A stretch of DNA of 63,429 bases, the filler included. It is 7 parts of 7 records of this genome, joined end to end, with 100 filler letters (N's around TTAATTAATTAA, not from the genome) between each part and the next. Parts side by side here need not be neighbours in the genome. Positions count along the whole stretch, not along the records: positions 40,296 to 45,224 come from SRR20825014_63; positions 45,325 to 60,568 come from SRR20825014_66; 5 more parts are not named here. The stretch is one strand, 5' to 3'. The notes under the pieces are model-generated. The model had not been told where the DNA came from. It saw nothing but the letters and a program-made list of their open reading frames with translations, and made no database searches. The position numbers and the translations under genes are program-made. The stretch's first letter is position 1, and every line of letters begins with the position of its first letter. This document shows, in pieces, positions 40,296 through 50,623 of the stretch.

Positions 40296-40577
40296 TACCA
40301 CTACCACTACTACCACTCCCACTACTAATACATCAAGGTACGAGTCCTACTTGATCAACATATCGGCCAACCCTGTAGACTACCACCTTCGACCACCACC
40401 ACCACTCGGTATTTAAAGCATGTTAAATGTATGTATATCACTGTTTTGTACACTTTTTAAAAATTGAATCTCACAGCGCTGTAAGTTGATGCCCTCTATT
40501 TTAGACATATGGTATCTATTTCAAATCCACGCCTCCCCTTTAAATTTTTAACAAAATCGACACACACAGTCCCTGCA

Positions 40578-40961
40578 ATGTTCAGCAAGATCGTTATCGT
40601 GGCCTTCGCCATCCTCGCCGTCGTGGCCACCGCCTCCAAGGTTGTCGACCTCAACGCCAACAACTTCGACGAGATCGTCCTCGACGGAACCAAGAACGTC
40701 TTCGTGAAGTTCTACGCTCCCTGGTGCGGTCACTGCGTCCGCATGGCCCCCGCCTGGGACGAGCTTGCCGCTAAGGTCGGAGAGGACACCATCATCGCTA
40801 ACCTCGACGCCACCGCCCACCAGGCCGTCGCCCAGCGCTTCGGCGTCCGTGGCTTCCCCACCCTCAAGTTCTTCACCAAGGGTAACAAGGACGGTCTTGC
40901 CTACCAGGGTGGTCGCGACGCCGCCTCCCTCTCCTCCTACGTCGAGAAGAACGCCCAATAA
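40578..40961 (+). CDS. Single-domain protein disulfide isomerase
   Basis: Signal peptide, FYAPWCGHC, GVRGFPTLKFF, YQGGR; strong C-ending codon bias. Confidence 0.92.
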   Translation: MFSKIVIVAFAILAVVATASKVVDLNANNFDEIVLDGTKNVFVKFYAPWCGHCVRMAPAWDELAAKVGEDTIIANLDATAHQAVAQRFGVRGFPTLKFFTKGNKDGLAYQGGRDAASLSSYVEKNAQ

Positions 40962-42034
40962 GCGTCCGATCCACACCTTCCACGTTGAAGAGCCCCACCA
41001 ACACTACCCCCGCTCTACTACCACCCAACCTTATCATCAAGCACTCTTCGACATCACCACGTAACGGAAAACTATTATTTTGAGAGTGTATTTTGTATGT
41101 GGTGGTTGTTTTGTATTTGTATGAACTTCAAAAAGTTCAAATTGAGTTCTTTATGGGTCTACACCAGCTCCCATTGAAATTCCCGGTTTGTACGAATCTA
41201 CTACTACTACTACTGCAACCACATGCCATCTCACCCTCGATGTGCGCTACACCGATATCTACACAACAACTTCATCATCTGTGAATATATCCACAAAATT
41301 TTTTTCCCTTTGTCTTTTTTTGGGTTTTAAATAGCAAAGTTTTAGCGCCAAATGTACTTATCCCTGAGATGGAGGTGGAGGGTAAGTATTGCTGAACTTT
41401 GCTATTTATTACTCTCATTTACTGCTATTAATGAAAAATTGATTTGCCACTTCTATTTATTAAATTTACCCCTCTTCTCACCCCAACTATCATTCAAAAA
41501 AGTTTAACTATTAGCAATCGCTTTTCCTTCTTTATTTTATTATTATTGAGCATTTGTTGAAAGCTGTTTCATTTTAAATACGTACATAGTATTAAAATTG
41601 AACACACAACACGATTCTTAACTGTAAGTAATAATAATCACACACAGAATCTCGTTATCTACACCGACCAACCTTCTTCACTCTTTTGAAGCCTACTGAA
41701 CCTGCAAAGTTACATCAGTATCGTTTTGATTACCACACATTGCGCACACAAGAAAGATCAAAAACTACCAACACAACGTTTAGTTTTAATCTTCATTATT
41801 TCATCAGAATTTCATTATCACAAACGGTCCAATCGTTGTGATAGATAAATTTCCTACTTTTTATTATTAGACTCACCAAAAAAAAGAAGAACCACTAGCA
41901 ATTTTTATCCAAATCTCTCTCACCTATCCTACTTTTTTGCAAAGGAAAAAAACAACAACCTTAAAGATCCACCATCCTATACATCTATCAAAAATATCAT
42001 CATCATCGTCATCAACAACAACTTGCCCTAATAT

Positions 42035-43405
42035 ATGAGCCTCGCTACCCCAACGACATTGCCTACAACAACGGCCATCTCTTCAGCTTCTAAGCAGCAG
42101 CAGCAGCAAAGTAGCGGTGTTAGTAGTGGTGTTGGCGGTAAGGCCTCCATCACGTCCCATGGTGGGAGCTGGCGCAGCCCCAGCACAACCTCCCCACAGC
42201 TCTCATCCGGCGGTTTTATTAGCCCTAACCGCAGCAATAGTAGCATTGGCGGTGGCAGTTCCAACTCCTCTACTGTAAAGGGCGATACTGGTGTGAGTGC
42301 CTCCATTTCCCCAAATCGTTCCAGCTCTCGGCTTCGTGGTCTGCTAACTCAAGTGAGCCAAGATGACGGTCAACAGACCTCACCCGTGTCACGAAACACC
42401 CCTAACCAACAGCCACAAGTCACGGGTCGTGGTAACAGTGTCATCTCCCCATCCCCCTCCTCGTCCGCCTCCTCCGCACTACCTACTATTGGTAAGAATA
42501 ATGGATCTACTGGGTCGTTCTCAAGGAGGTCTCCTCCTACCACCTCCCAGCCAGGTGCTAGCACCTCCTCCTCCTCCTCCATCACAACCTTCACCGTCGG
42601 CGGCGGCGGCGGCGGCGTTAACCGTGTCGCTTCCCCAAAGCTCTCCCCCCTGTTGATGGATGTCAACGGCTTCCAAGTTACGGCCGAGGCCCTCCGTATC
42701 GTTACCTCCCGTAAGAAGAATGGAAGCCCATTCGATGGGGCTCGATACTACCCTATGATCCCCCCTCCTAGTGCCGAGGGGGCTAAGCGCCACCTGCTAT
42801 GTCTTGATATTGACGAGACACTCCTCCATGCAACATTCCAATCTACACTCCCTTACGATGCTAAAATCGTACTGGAGGCCGATGGCGAGTCTGCAGAGGT
42901 CTTTTTACGTTTCCGCCCCCAGGTACGAGAGTTCCTCGAAGTCGCTTCTCAGCTATTTGAGGTTGCTATCTTTACTGCAAGCCAATCCGCGTATGCTGAC
43001 AAGGTGCTACGTGAATTGGACCCTACCGGAAAGCTCCTCGGAGCTGCCGCTGCCCCCGTCCTCCCCCCCTCTACCCCCCTCGCCAAAGTAAAGCAATCCT
43101 TGACCGGGGGTGTAACGGGTGCGGTCAATAGGCTGTACAGGGAGCACTGTGCCGAGGTGAGTGGCGCAAGAGTGAAGGATTTGTCCCTACTGGGCCGTCC
43201 GCTTGATCGAGTTATTCTCATCGACAACTCCCCTGTTACCTATATCTTCCAGCCCCGTAATGCCATCCCTATTGCATCATTCTTCGATAGTCAGGCGGAT
43301 AAAGAGCTCCCGAAGCTGATTCCCCTACTGAAGAAGTTGGCGGAGGCTGAGAGTGTGTACGATGTTCTAGACCCCTACAACGCCTCCCAACTTTCCCAGG
43401 AATAG
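42035..43405 (+). CDS. SCP/FCP (NLI-interacting factor) CTD-type phosphatase
   Basis: LCLDIDETLLH (DxDxT), IFTAS..YAD, LYREHC, VKDLSLLGR, IDNSP; Ser-rich N-terminus. Confidence 0.92.
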   Translation: MSLATPTTLPTTTAISSASKQQQQQSSGVSSGVGGKASITSHGGSWRSPSTTSPQLSSGGFISPNRSNSSIGGGSSNSSTVKGDTGVSASISPNRSSSRLRGLLTQVSQDDGQQTSPVSRNTPNQQPQVTGRGNSVISPSPSSSASSALPTIGKNNGSTGSFSRRSPPTTSQPGASTSSSSSITTFTVGGGGGGVNRVASPKLSPLLMDVNGFQVTAEALRIVTSRKKNGSPFDGARYYPMIPPPSAEGAKRHLLCLDIDETLLHATFQSTLPYDAKIVLEADGESAEVFLRFRPQVREFLEVASQLFEVAIFTASQSAYADKVLRELDPTGKLLGAAAAPVLPPSTPLAKVKQSLTGGVTGAVNRLYREHCAEVSGARVKDLSLLGRPLDRVILIDNSPVTYIFQPRNAIPIASFFDSQADKELPKLIPLLKKLAEAESVYDVLDPYNASQLSQE

Positions 43406-45205
43406 TGGAAAGTTAAATTAAACACTTAAAACACTATATCCCCGACCTAATTATTATTTAAAATAGAAATATTAAATATTATTTATTAGATGGGTTGGGG
43501 AGGAGGCATGTATGAGTAGTAGAGTACACATACATGTAGGTACACTTGTATCTCTATTATCACGGATGATGGGCAGTTAATGTGTGTCCTATATATATTA
43601 CATAGATGTATAGGTGTGTATGCAAAAGTTATGCAGGATATAGAAAAGGAAGAGTAGTAGAAATCGACAACAACAACAACAACAATTTTTAGAAACACCC
43701 ACCCGAATAAAAGTACTACGCGCGTGATCGTTTGCAAATGGAACCACGCGAACAACTATCTATCGTCATAACTACCACCACCACATCATCTCTCATCGTA
43801 CTCGTATCACACATCAATCCACAGACGTGTCCAACAACTCATTACCCACAACTCACTCCGCCATATATTTATATATATACTACAACAACACAACCACCAC
43901 CACCATTCCCTCCAACCCCAAATCCTATTTATTTATTTATCTATCTTCCCCTCTAACTAGTTTAATCTATAAAAAAGATACACTACTATCATCACAATTA
44001 TTAAAATCATCATATACGCAACCTTCTTACCTTTCTGTTTCCAAAAAAACCCCCCACACAACACTCTCTCTCGTCTTCATCACAAATAATGAGAAACACG
44101 AAAGGATTTGAAGAAGTGGTGTCGGCGTATGTTCAAAATATTACATCTCCCTTCTCACACGCATTCATACTTGTTGCTGTTGTTTACATGTATTATGGCA
44201 TCACATTCCACACACAACTCCACAGAGGAAAATAAAAAGAAAGTTGTGGATTGTTGTCAGTAATCACAACAACAACAACAAACATGCAATGTAAATAAAT
44301 ACGACTCGCTCTCTCACATTACTACTTCAATTGCTTCAGTACTTCCCGTTATTTTTTTTTGAGGCGAAAATAGGAGCACACAACAAGGCCACCACAACAA
44401 CAAAACACCAACAACTACCCACCACACTCACGGTTGAAACCCCTACCAACTTTTTAGTACAATGTACAAGACACAGACAACCAACACCAAACACAAAACA
44501 ACAACACTGTGGCACCACACACACGCATCTATGTACGACGGCAAAGAAGAAGAGACGGCATCATTAAGTTAGATTCCACATTGCTCTGCAGTGTTTACAT
44601 TTTTGAAAAGATGTCTCGTTTTTCTCTTCTCTCCTCTACATAATCTCCTCTTTTATTTTTACAGTCAAGCCTCATGATGACCTGTATTAATAGAAATATC
44701 GCCCAACAGGGAAAGATGCGAGTGATGTCGTGTGATGTCGTTGTCCTTGGAACACCACATACACCAAAAACTATATATCCCCCACTAGAAGAAAAACGCT
44801 TTTCATTTTATTAGTATTTTTAAAACACAACTGTGACAAAAAAAGGCTTTCCCTTTCTTCTTTGCCAAGATTGTGTGTCAGTCTATTTGTTGCGGTCGCT
44901 TCCCTTCCATCTTGTGATGCTCTGCCCCACACCTGGCATGTGGGAAAATAGAGTGTTAGAGGGTGGAAGAGAGGTTGTGACTGTAACACATCAAAACACA
45001 TTAAACAATTAGCACGAGTACATCATCATCGACATCCCTCACACATCTTCTACTATCTGCTCTCGCGCACAATGGGACTGCTGAATTCCCGGTGCAGGGT
45101 ATATGCCCTTCATCGTCCCTCTCTCTTCGTCATCATGTTTTGTTTTCTTGAATACCCAAACCCCGAAAAAAAAAGAGAAGCACTACACTACACCACAAAA
45201 ATACA

Positions 45206-45224
45206 ACACACACACACACACACA
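45206..45224 (+). repeat. (CA)n microsatellite at contig end
   Basis: ACACACACACACACACACA runs into the gap. Confidence 0.9.
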
Positions 45225-45324
45225 NNNNNNNNNNNNNNNNNNNNNNNNNNNNNNNNNNNNNNNNNNNNTTAATTAATTAANNNNNNNNNNNNNNNNNNNN
45301 NNNNNNNNNNNNNNNNNNNNNNNN
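45225..45324. other. Artificial contig linker
   Basis: N44-TTAATTAATTAA-N44. Confidence 0.99.
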
Positions 45325-45325
45325 G

Positions 45326-45670
45326 ACGCATGACATCTATCACCTGCTCACGGGGTATGGGACGGATGTGATGGGCGAGATGGAGCTGCAGGCGTTCGTG
45401 CGCGGTAACCTCGGGATTCGCGCGCCGCTCATGATGCTCCCCTTTGGCTTCCTCGCCTCTCGCTTTGGCACGAGCATCGCCGGGAGCGAGGAAGGCATCG
45501 AGCCCTTCGTGTTGACCGAATACGTGAGCCAGGTGCGCGCGGCGCAAAGGCGCGGCGCTTCGCTCGAGCCGCTCATCGCGATCCGATTCGAAGATCACTG
45601 GGAGCGTCCTGTGGAAGAGCTTAGGCGCGAGTTCCTGGATGGTGGCGCCGAGGAAGAGCCCCAGGCATAG
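45326..45670 (+). CDS. Coq4-family protein (5'-partial)
   Basis: THDIYHLLTGYGTDVMGE (HDxxH-x11-E) and FEDHWERPVEELRREF. Confidence 0.85.
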   Translation, partial: THDIYHLLTGYGTDVMGEMELQAFVRGNLGIRAPLMMLPFGFLASRFGTSIAGSEEGIEPFVLTEYVSQVRAAQRRGASLEPLIAIRFEDHWERPVEELRREFLDGGAEEEPQA

Positions 45671-45687
45671 AGCGTATCCTCTGGAAA

Positions 45688-45707
45688 CATGACACCTGAT
45701 GGTTATG
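45688..45707. promoter_or_regulatory. Candidate operator CATGAC-N8-GTTATG
   Basis: Imperfect palindrome about 80 nt before the GT start; same geometry as 51968-51987. Confidence 0.45.
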
Positions 45708-45788
45708 ACATGACGCCGGTCCTTGTTCGCGTCGGTGTGTGCTACAAAACCGTCGGTTTGTCATTGTTGTCTCCAGAGGTGCTCCAGG

Positions 45789-47015
45789 ATGCATATCGCG
45801 CTCGCTGTTTTCGGGACTCGAGGAGACCTCACGCCGATGGTTTCTCTGGCGCTCGCTTCGAGCGAGCGCGTCGAACGCGTCACGTTGCTCCTCGATCCGA
45901 CGTTCGCGCCAGGCTTGCGTGAGAGAGGGGTCGACCAGCGCATCGAACTGGTCGAGGTGGGAGAGCCATGGTCTCTCGAAGAGGTCTTGCGCCACCCGCG
46001 CTCGTTCGATCCTCGGTGGGTCTGGCGAGAGGTTTATCTGCCTCGCGTGGAGCCGTTCGCGCGCGCAGTCTTCGAGCTTCACGAGAGAGAACCACTCGAC
46101 GCGGTGGTTGTCCACGGATGGACGCTCGGCGCGGCGCTGGCGTGCGAACAACTGGGCGTTCCGTTTATCGGATGTGCGTTGCAGCCGATGCTCTGGATGT
46201 CATCGGTCGATCCCCCCAGGCTCGATGCGTTGGAGATGCCTGACTGGTTGCGACGCGCGGTGCAGCCAAAGATCCTCTCGATGGTTTTGCGCACATCGTT
46301 TGTCCCTGCTTTCGAGCAGGTGCTGCGACGCATGGACATCGACATGCCTCGGAGCGATCTGCCATTTCAGTGGTTCTGGGAGCGCGCCAGTGGTCACCTG
46401 GCGCTCTGGGACCCGATGTTTCGAGGACCTCGCGAGGATGATCCTCGAAATGCCAGGATCGTCGGCTTCCTCGAGGAAGAGATCTGGGGCGAGGCCGAGG
46501 AGCATCTGGCGCAGTTTTGCGCGAAGGAGCAGCCCTGGATCGTCGGGTTGGGCTCTGCTCTCCCCGAGGTCTCGAAGCCAATTTACGAGCACGTCCTCGA
46601 TGGCGTCTCTGATCCTGTTGTTCTGATCGGAGCGGACCCGGATGATTTTCCAAACCAACCCGAGCGCGTGAGGATCGTTCGACGCGCTCCCTACCGGGCG
46701 CTGTTTCCGCTGGCGCGCGGTGTCATTCATCATGGGGGGATCGGGACCGTGGCCGATGCGCTGCGCGCGGGCGTGCCTCAATGCGTGCTCCCGTTCGGGA
46801 ATGACATGTTCGATAACGCGGAACTCTTGCTCCGACTGGGCGTGGCGAGGTCTCTGACGCACCGAGAGCTCGAGCGCGGAGAGCTGCCGAACACGTTACG
46901 CGAGCTCGAACGGAGCGAAGTCATCGCCAGCGCCAGAGAGGTCGCGTCCTCGCTGCGTTCACCAGCGCGAGCGCTCGATGACGCGGTGTCACATATCCTC
47001 GACATGGCGAGCTGA
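45789..47015 (+). CDS. GT1-type glycosyltransferase (sterol glucosyltransferase/RhlB-like)
   Basis: GTRGDLTP, VGLGS, IHHGGIGT..ALRAGVPQCVLPFGNDMFDNA. Confidence 0.88.
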   Translation: MHIALAVFGTRGDLTPMVSLALASSERVERVTLLLDPTFAPGLRERGVDQRIELVEVGEPWSLEEVLRHPRSFDPRWVWREVYLPRVEPFARAVFELHEREPLDAVVVHGWTLGAALACEQLGVPFIGCALQPMLWMSSVDPPRLDALEMPDWLRRAVQPKILSMVLRTSFVPAFEQVLRRMDIDMPRSDLPFQWFWERASGHLALWDPMFRGPREDDPRNARIVGFLEEEIWGEAEEHLAQFCAKEQPWIVGLGSALPEVSKPIYEHVLDGVSDPVVLIGADPDDFPNQPERVRIVRRAPYRALFPLARGVIHHGGIGTVADALRAGVPQCVLPFGNDMFDNAELLLRLGVARSLTHRELERGELPNTLRELERSEVIASAREVASSLRSPARALDDAVSHILDMAS

Positions 47016-47022
47016 GGGGATC

Positions 47023-48300
47023 TTATCTCACAGCGCCGGTGGCCGGGCGCTCGTTGACCACCACGCGAAATCCCGTGTGGCTCTTTAACAGGATAATCTT
47101 CGGGTCGCGTTCGGGCTCTTTGTCCGTGAATCGAATCGAGCGAAACGAGCGCACCCCATAGACGATCTCCTGGATGATTTGCGTGGCGATGTGCGCGCCG
47201 ATGCAAGCTCGGGCGCCATGGCCAAACGGGATGTAGGCCCCACGCGCGCGCCGCTCTCCCGAATCGTGGCGTTCAGGTTCGTAACTGTCGGGTTGTTCCC
47301 AGTGCGCCGGGTTGTGGTGAATGAGCAGCGGACTGATGAAGACGATATCACCCTCTTCGAAGGTGTGTTCTGGCGTCACGGTGCGCTCGGTCACGACGCG
47401 AATCAGCGTCCAGAAGGCAGGATACTGGCGGAGCGTCTCCTTGACGCACAGCTTCACCCAATGTCTCGCCACATCAGGAGAGGAGTGCCTGATCCTATCG
47501 AGGTACTCGGGATGTCGAAGAAGCTGAACGATGCTCCAACAGCTCGTGAGGGTGGTAGTCTCGAGGCTCGCGATAAGGGTCGCGGCCATCTCCTCGAGCT
47601 GCTCCTCCTCGCTCAAAGCGCCATCGAGCAACCTCGCCATCGGAGCATCGGGCGCGTCCCGGAGTTCTCGGAGCAACATGCGTGAGAACTCGACGATATC
47701 CTCTTTGTAAGTGCGCAGCGAACGCGCGGCGGGACCACGAGCACACGCATAAGGCCGAAAACTCTTCGAGAGCGCGTCGAGCAGATCAGTCGCGCGATGG
47801 ATCGCCTCAGTGATGCGTGAGGCATCACCTGGATAAGTCTGCCCGATGAAGATCTGACAAAATCGCGCGAAGACTTCAGCCGAGACGAGCCTGTAGAGGT
47901 CGCATTCTCCAGGTTCTAGATCACTCCAATCGATCTCATCGGTATCCATTCCTTTAGAAGCCAGCTTGCGCGCTGCCTCGGTGTATACTGGACGCATGAT
48001 TTTTCTGCGTTCCAACCCCTCATCTCCATCGAGCATCGGCAGGGTCGGTCCGATGAGCGCGCGCAGCGAACCTTGTCCGGCGAAGGTCCCCAGCGGGCCA
48101 TAGCTCTCCTTTCCCCGGATAAAGCTCGGGAGCGTGAGCGCTTGCTCGGCGACCTCGGCCCTCGTGATGACCTTGACATCTCGTATGCCGAGGTCGATCG
48201 ACGTGACTGGCGCGCTGTAGAGATCATTTCGCCCGAAGAACGAGAGCGCGTCCTGCCTGAACGCTTGCACCTCGCCAAAGAGGACCCATGGATTCTTCAT
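47023..48300 (-). CDS. Cytochrome P450
   Basis: I-helix ASLETT, ETLR, PERH, YIPFGHGARACIG; ATG at 48300 overlaps the upstream stop. Confidence 0.93.
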   Translation of the reverse strand: MKNPWVLFGEVQAFRQDALSFFGRNDLYSAPVTSIDLGIRDVKVITRAEVAEQALTLPSFIRGKESYGPLGTFAGQGSLRALIGPTLPMLDGDEGLERRKIMRPVYTEAARKLASKGMDTDEIDWSDLEPGECDLYRLVSAEVFARFCQIFIGQTYPGDASRITEAIHRATDLLDALSKSFRPYACARGPAARSLRTYKEDIVEFSRMLLRELRDAPDAPMARLLDGALSEEEQLEEMAATLIASLETTTLTSCWSIVQLLRHPEYLDRIRHSSPDVARHWVKLCVKETLRQYPAFWTLIRVVTERTVTPEHTFEEGDIVFISPLLIHHNPAHWEQPDSYEPERHDSGERRARGAYIPFGHGARACIGAHIATQIIQEIVYGVRSFRSIRFTDKEPERDPKIILLKSHTGFRVVVNERPATGAVR

Positions 48301-49118
48301 GGCGTTTGCCCGTCGTCGCGAGCCTCTCCAACCTGCTCTGCCCATGGCTTGCTCGCGAGGCGCCTGATAATGCTCGCCTCGGGACCACGCGGCTCGAAGA
48401 TGTCGTGTCGCAGGTGGAAGTCGCGCAGTTGGATGTACTGGTTGAAGGGATACTGCGGCGCTCTGTGATGATCGTGGTGCCAGCCAGAGTGTTCTGTGAA
48501 GAAGCGCATGAAGAAGCGCTGGTGTGACGAGTGCGGGATGTAGACGGTCGTAAACCCGAACCATGCGATCGTGAGTAAGGAGGGAAGCAACCACGCGGCA
48601 AACAGCGTGGTTGCAGACCAACTCCACGCGATCCAGCCCGAGAGCGTGATGAGCGTCACCACGATGAGCGCGACCTGAACTCGCTCTTTCGTGCTCAGGA
48701 GCCTGAGCGTCTTGAGGTAGTACCAGGGGATCATCGGGAGGTTGAACAGAAGCCTCGGGAGCGAGGACGAGTACACGATATGTTCGGGGTCCTCCGGATC
48801 ATCGACGTGTCGGTGATGAAAGAGGTGCGCGCGTTGCAGCAGAGGAAAGGGAAGCAGCACGCCCATGGCGAGCAGCACGCTCGCGAACTGGTTGACCGAG
48901 CGACTTCTGGTCAGGACGCCGTGCACGCCATCATGAATGCACACGCAGAGCATGTATTGCGCGGGCATGGTCGCGGCCAGGTGCATCGCGAGCGAAGCCT
49001 CGCCACAAAGAAACAGCGTGATTCTGTAGATGACCCATAGCAGCAGCGCCGAGCCAAACCAGAGCGTGAGCCCGGGGCGGATCGGAAACTCCGGGCGCGG
49101 GTGAGTGTGTTCGGTCAT
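48297..49118 (-). CDS. Membrane fatty-acid desaturase / carotenoid hydroxylase family
   Basis: His boxes HDGVH, HLFHH, HHDHH plus YIPH; TM helices; ATGA overlaps at both ends. Confidence 0.88.
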   Translation of the reverse strand: MTEHTHPRPEFPIRPGLTLWFGSALLLWVIYRITLFLCGEASLAMHLAATMPAQYMLCVCIHDGVHGVLTRSRSVNQFASVLLAMGVLLPFPLLQRAHLFHHRHVDDPEDPEHIVYSSSLPRLLFNLPMIPWYYLKTLRLLSTKERVQVALIVVTLITLSGWIAWSWSATTLFAAWLLPSLLTIAWFGFTTVYIPHSSHQRFFMRFFTEHSGWHHDHHRAPQYPFNQYIQLRDFHLRHDIFEPRGPEASIIRRLASKPWAEQVGEARDDGQTP

Positions 49119-50617
49119 GGCGCCGCCTCGCTCGAGGTGATCGCGTGAGCTGAGATCTTGTTTGCCACCGCCAGGCTCGTTTGCAGACACCCGAGGATGC
49201 CCGGGATGCCCGCGCCGCTGTGGGCGAGTTGCCATCCGGTGGGCATGTCATCGCCCAATGGGGTTGTCAGCGATGAGTACGTCATGCGCCTACCATAAAC
49301 CGAGCCGCCGAACGCACCGAAGCGAGAACTCCACGCGCGGGGGTTCAGGTCGATGCGATCGAACACGCGAGGGCGTACGCCGACGCGCTCGAGCAAGTCG
49401 AGGACGCCTCGCTCGAGCAGTTCTGGCGGGCAACCTGCGTGCGAGAACGCGCAGATGACGTGCGCGCGTGAATCCGGCGCCTCGAACGTGGTCGGGAGCG
49501 TGAAGTTGATCGTCTCTGGTGGTCGCTCTGTCGCATCGGAGAAGTCGATGTCTTCGTGATGAGCGAACCAGGAGAAGTTCTTGGCGCGGACTGATTCGAT
49601 GTCTTCGGGCTCGAGCTCGACGAAGAGGTCGAGCGCCGAGATCGGATGGCTCGGTTGAAACCGCTCGCTCAATCCAAGCTTCAGACGTCGCAGCGTCGGG
49701 TTATTTGCAGCCTCATCCTCGAGCAGCTTGCCAAGCATTCCTGGCGAGCAGGCCCATACGACATGAGAGAAGGTCGCGCTGGAGCGGTCCCCGAAGGTCA
49801 GCGTGGTGAGACCTTCCCTGGAGAGCGAGGCGGCGCTCACCTCGGTGTTGGTGTGGATCTTGACCGAGGCGATCTCACAGGCGCTCTCGAGCGCGGCGAC
49901 GAGCGCCCCGAAGCCACCTCTGGGAAACCACACCGAGTGATTCAGGTGATGTCTGGCGCAGGCAAACAGCAAGGCCGAGAGCGTCTCGAGTTTTTCAGCA
50001 AAAATCGCCTGATGATGTGTCATCAGGCGCAACGTCGAGGGCGAGATGCCGTGCTGCTCGGCGAGCTTCGAGACGCTCCTGCCGCGCATCTGGATCGCGG
50101 TGATTTTGTCCTGGAACGGGACCGGGGCGGTCACGAGCGCGCGGGACATCGCGAACTCGGAGAGCCTGAACCGAGCGCCCTCCCCGATGTGCTCGCCAGC
50201 GCGACCTGCGGCGTCGAGCGCTCGAGCGAATGCGAGCGCTCGACGCCGCTCCGCAGCAGGGAGCGCGTAAACCGAAGATGGGATGCTCTCTGTGACAGTT
50301 TCGAACGCGCCGCGTTTGATGGCGAGCTGCTCGTAATCGTCTGGGATTTCGATAAACGAGAGGTCGAGGTCGATCTCATCGAGCGCTCGCCACGCAGGCC
50401 CGCCCTCTTGCCAGCCCCAGGCGTACTGGGGACCTGGCGAATAGACGAGCCCGTGTTTGCTGAGAGAGCGCGCGACCCCGCCGACATCAGGGAGCGCCTC
50501 GAAGAGGTCGACAGCGCATCCGCGCCTGGCGAGGATCGCCGCCGCTCCCAGGCCTGATAGCCCTGCTCCGACGACAGCAACTCGCGGCCGCCGTGAGCCT
50601 GTGAGTTGGTTTGTCAT
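49115..50617 (-). CDS. FAD-dependent oxidoreductase, phytoene desaturase (CrtI)-like
   Basis: VAVVGAGLSGL, FEA..DVGG, FPRGGFGAL, FGGSVYG, GAGIPG. Confidence 0.82.
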   Translation of the reverse strand: MTNQLTGSRRPRVAVVGAGLSGLGAAAILARRGCAVDLFEALPDVGGVARSLSKHGLVYSPGPQYAWGWQEGGPAWRALDEIDLDLSFIEIPDDYEQLAIKRGAFETVTESIPSSVYALPAAERRRALAFARALDAAGRAGEHIGEGARFRLSEFAMSRALVTAPVPFQDKITAIQMRGRSVSKLAEQHGISPSTLRLMTHHQAIFAEKLETLSALLFACARHHLNHSVWFPRGGFGALVAALESACEIASVKIHTNTEVSAASLSREGLTTLTFGDRSSATFSHVVWACSPGMLGKLLEDEAANNPTLRRLKLGLSERFQPSHPISALDLFVELEPEDIESVRAKNFSWFAHHEDIDFSDATERPPETINFTLPTTFEAPDSRAHVICAFSHAGCPPELLERGVLDLLERVGVRPRVFDRIDLNPRAWSSRFGAFGGSVYGRRMTYSSLTTPLGDDMPTGWQLAHSGAGIPGILGCLQTSLAVANKISAHAITSSEAAP

Positions 50618-50623
50618 GAGCGT

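Noticed and set aside
40296-40416. Possible 3' end of a gene (..YESYLINISANPVDYHLRPPPLGI*)
   Set aside because: Short, starts in CTA/CCA low-complexity sequence, and no recognisable family.
43406-45224. Short ORFs and ACA/CAC-rich runs as an array or ncRNA
   Set aside because: Low-complexity eukaryotic intergenic or UTR sequence with no regular repeat-spacer period.
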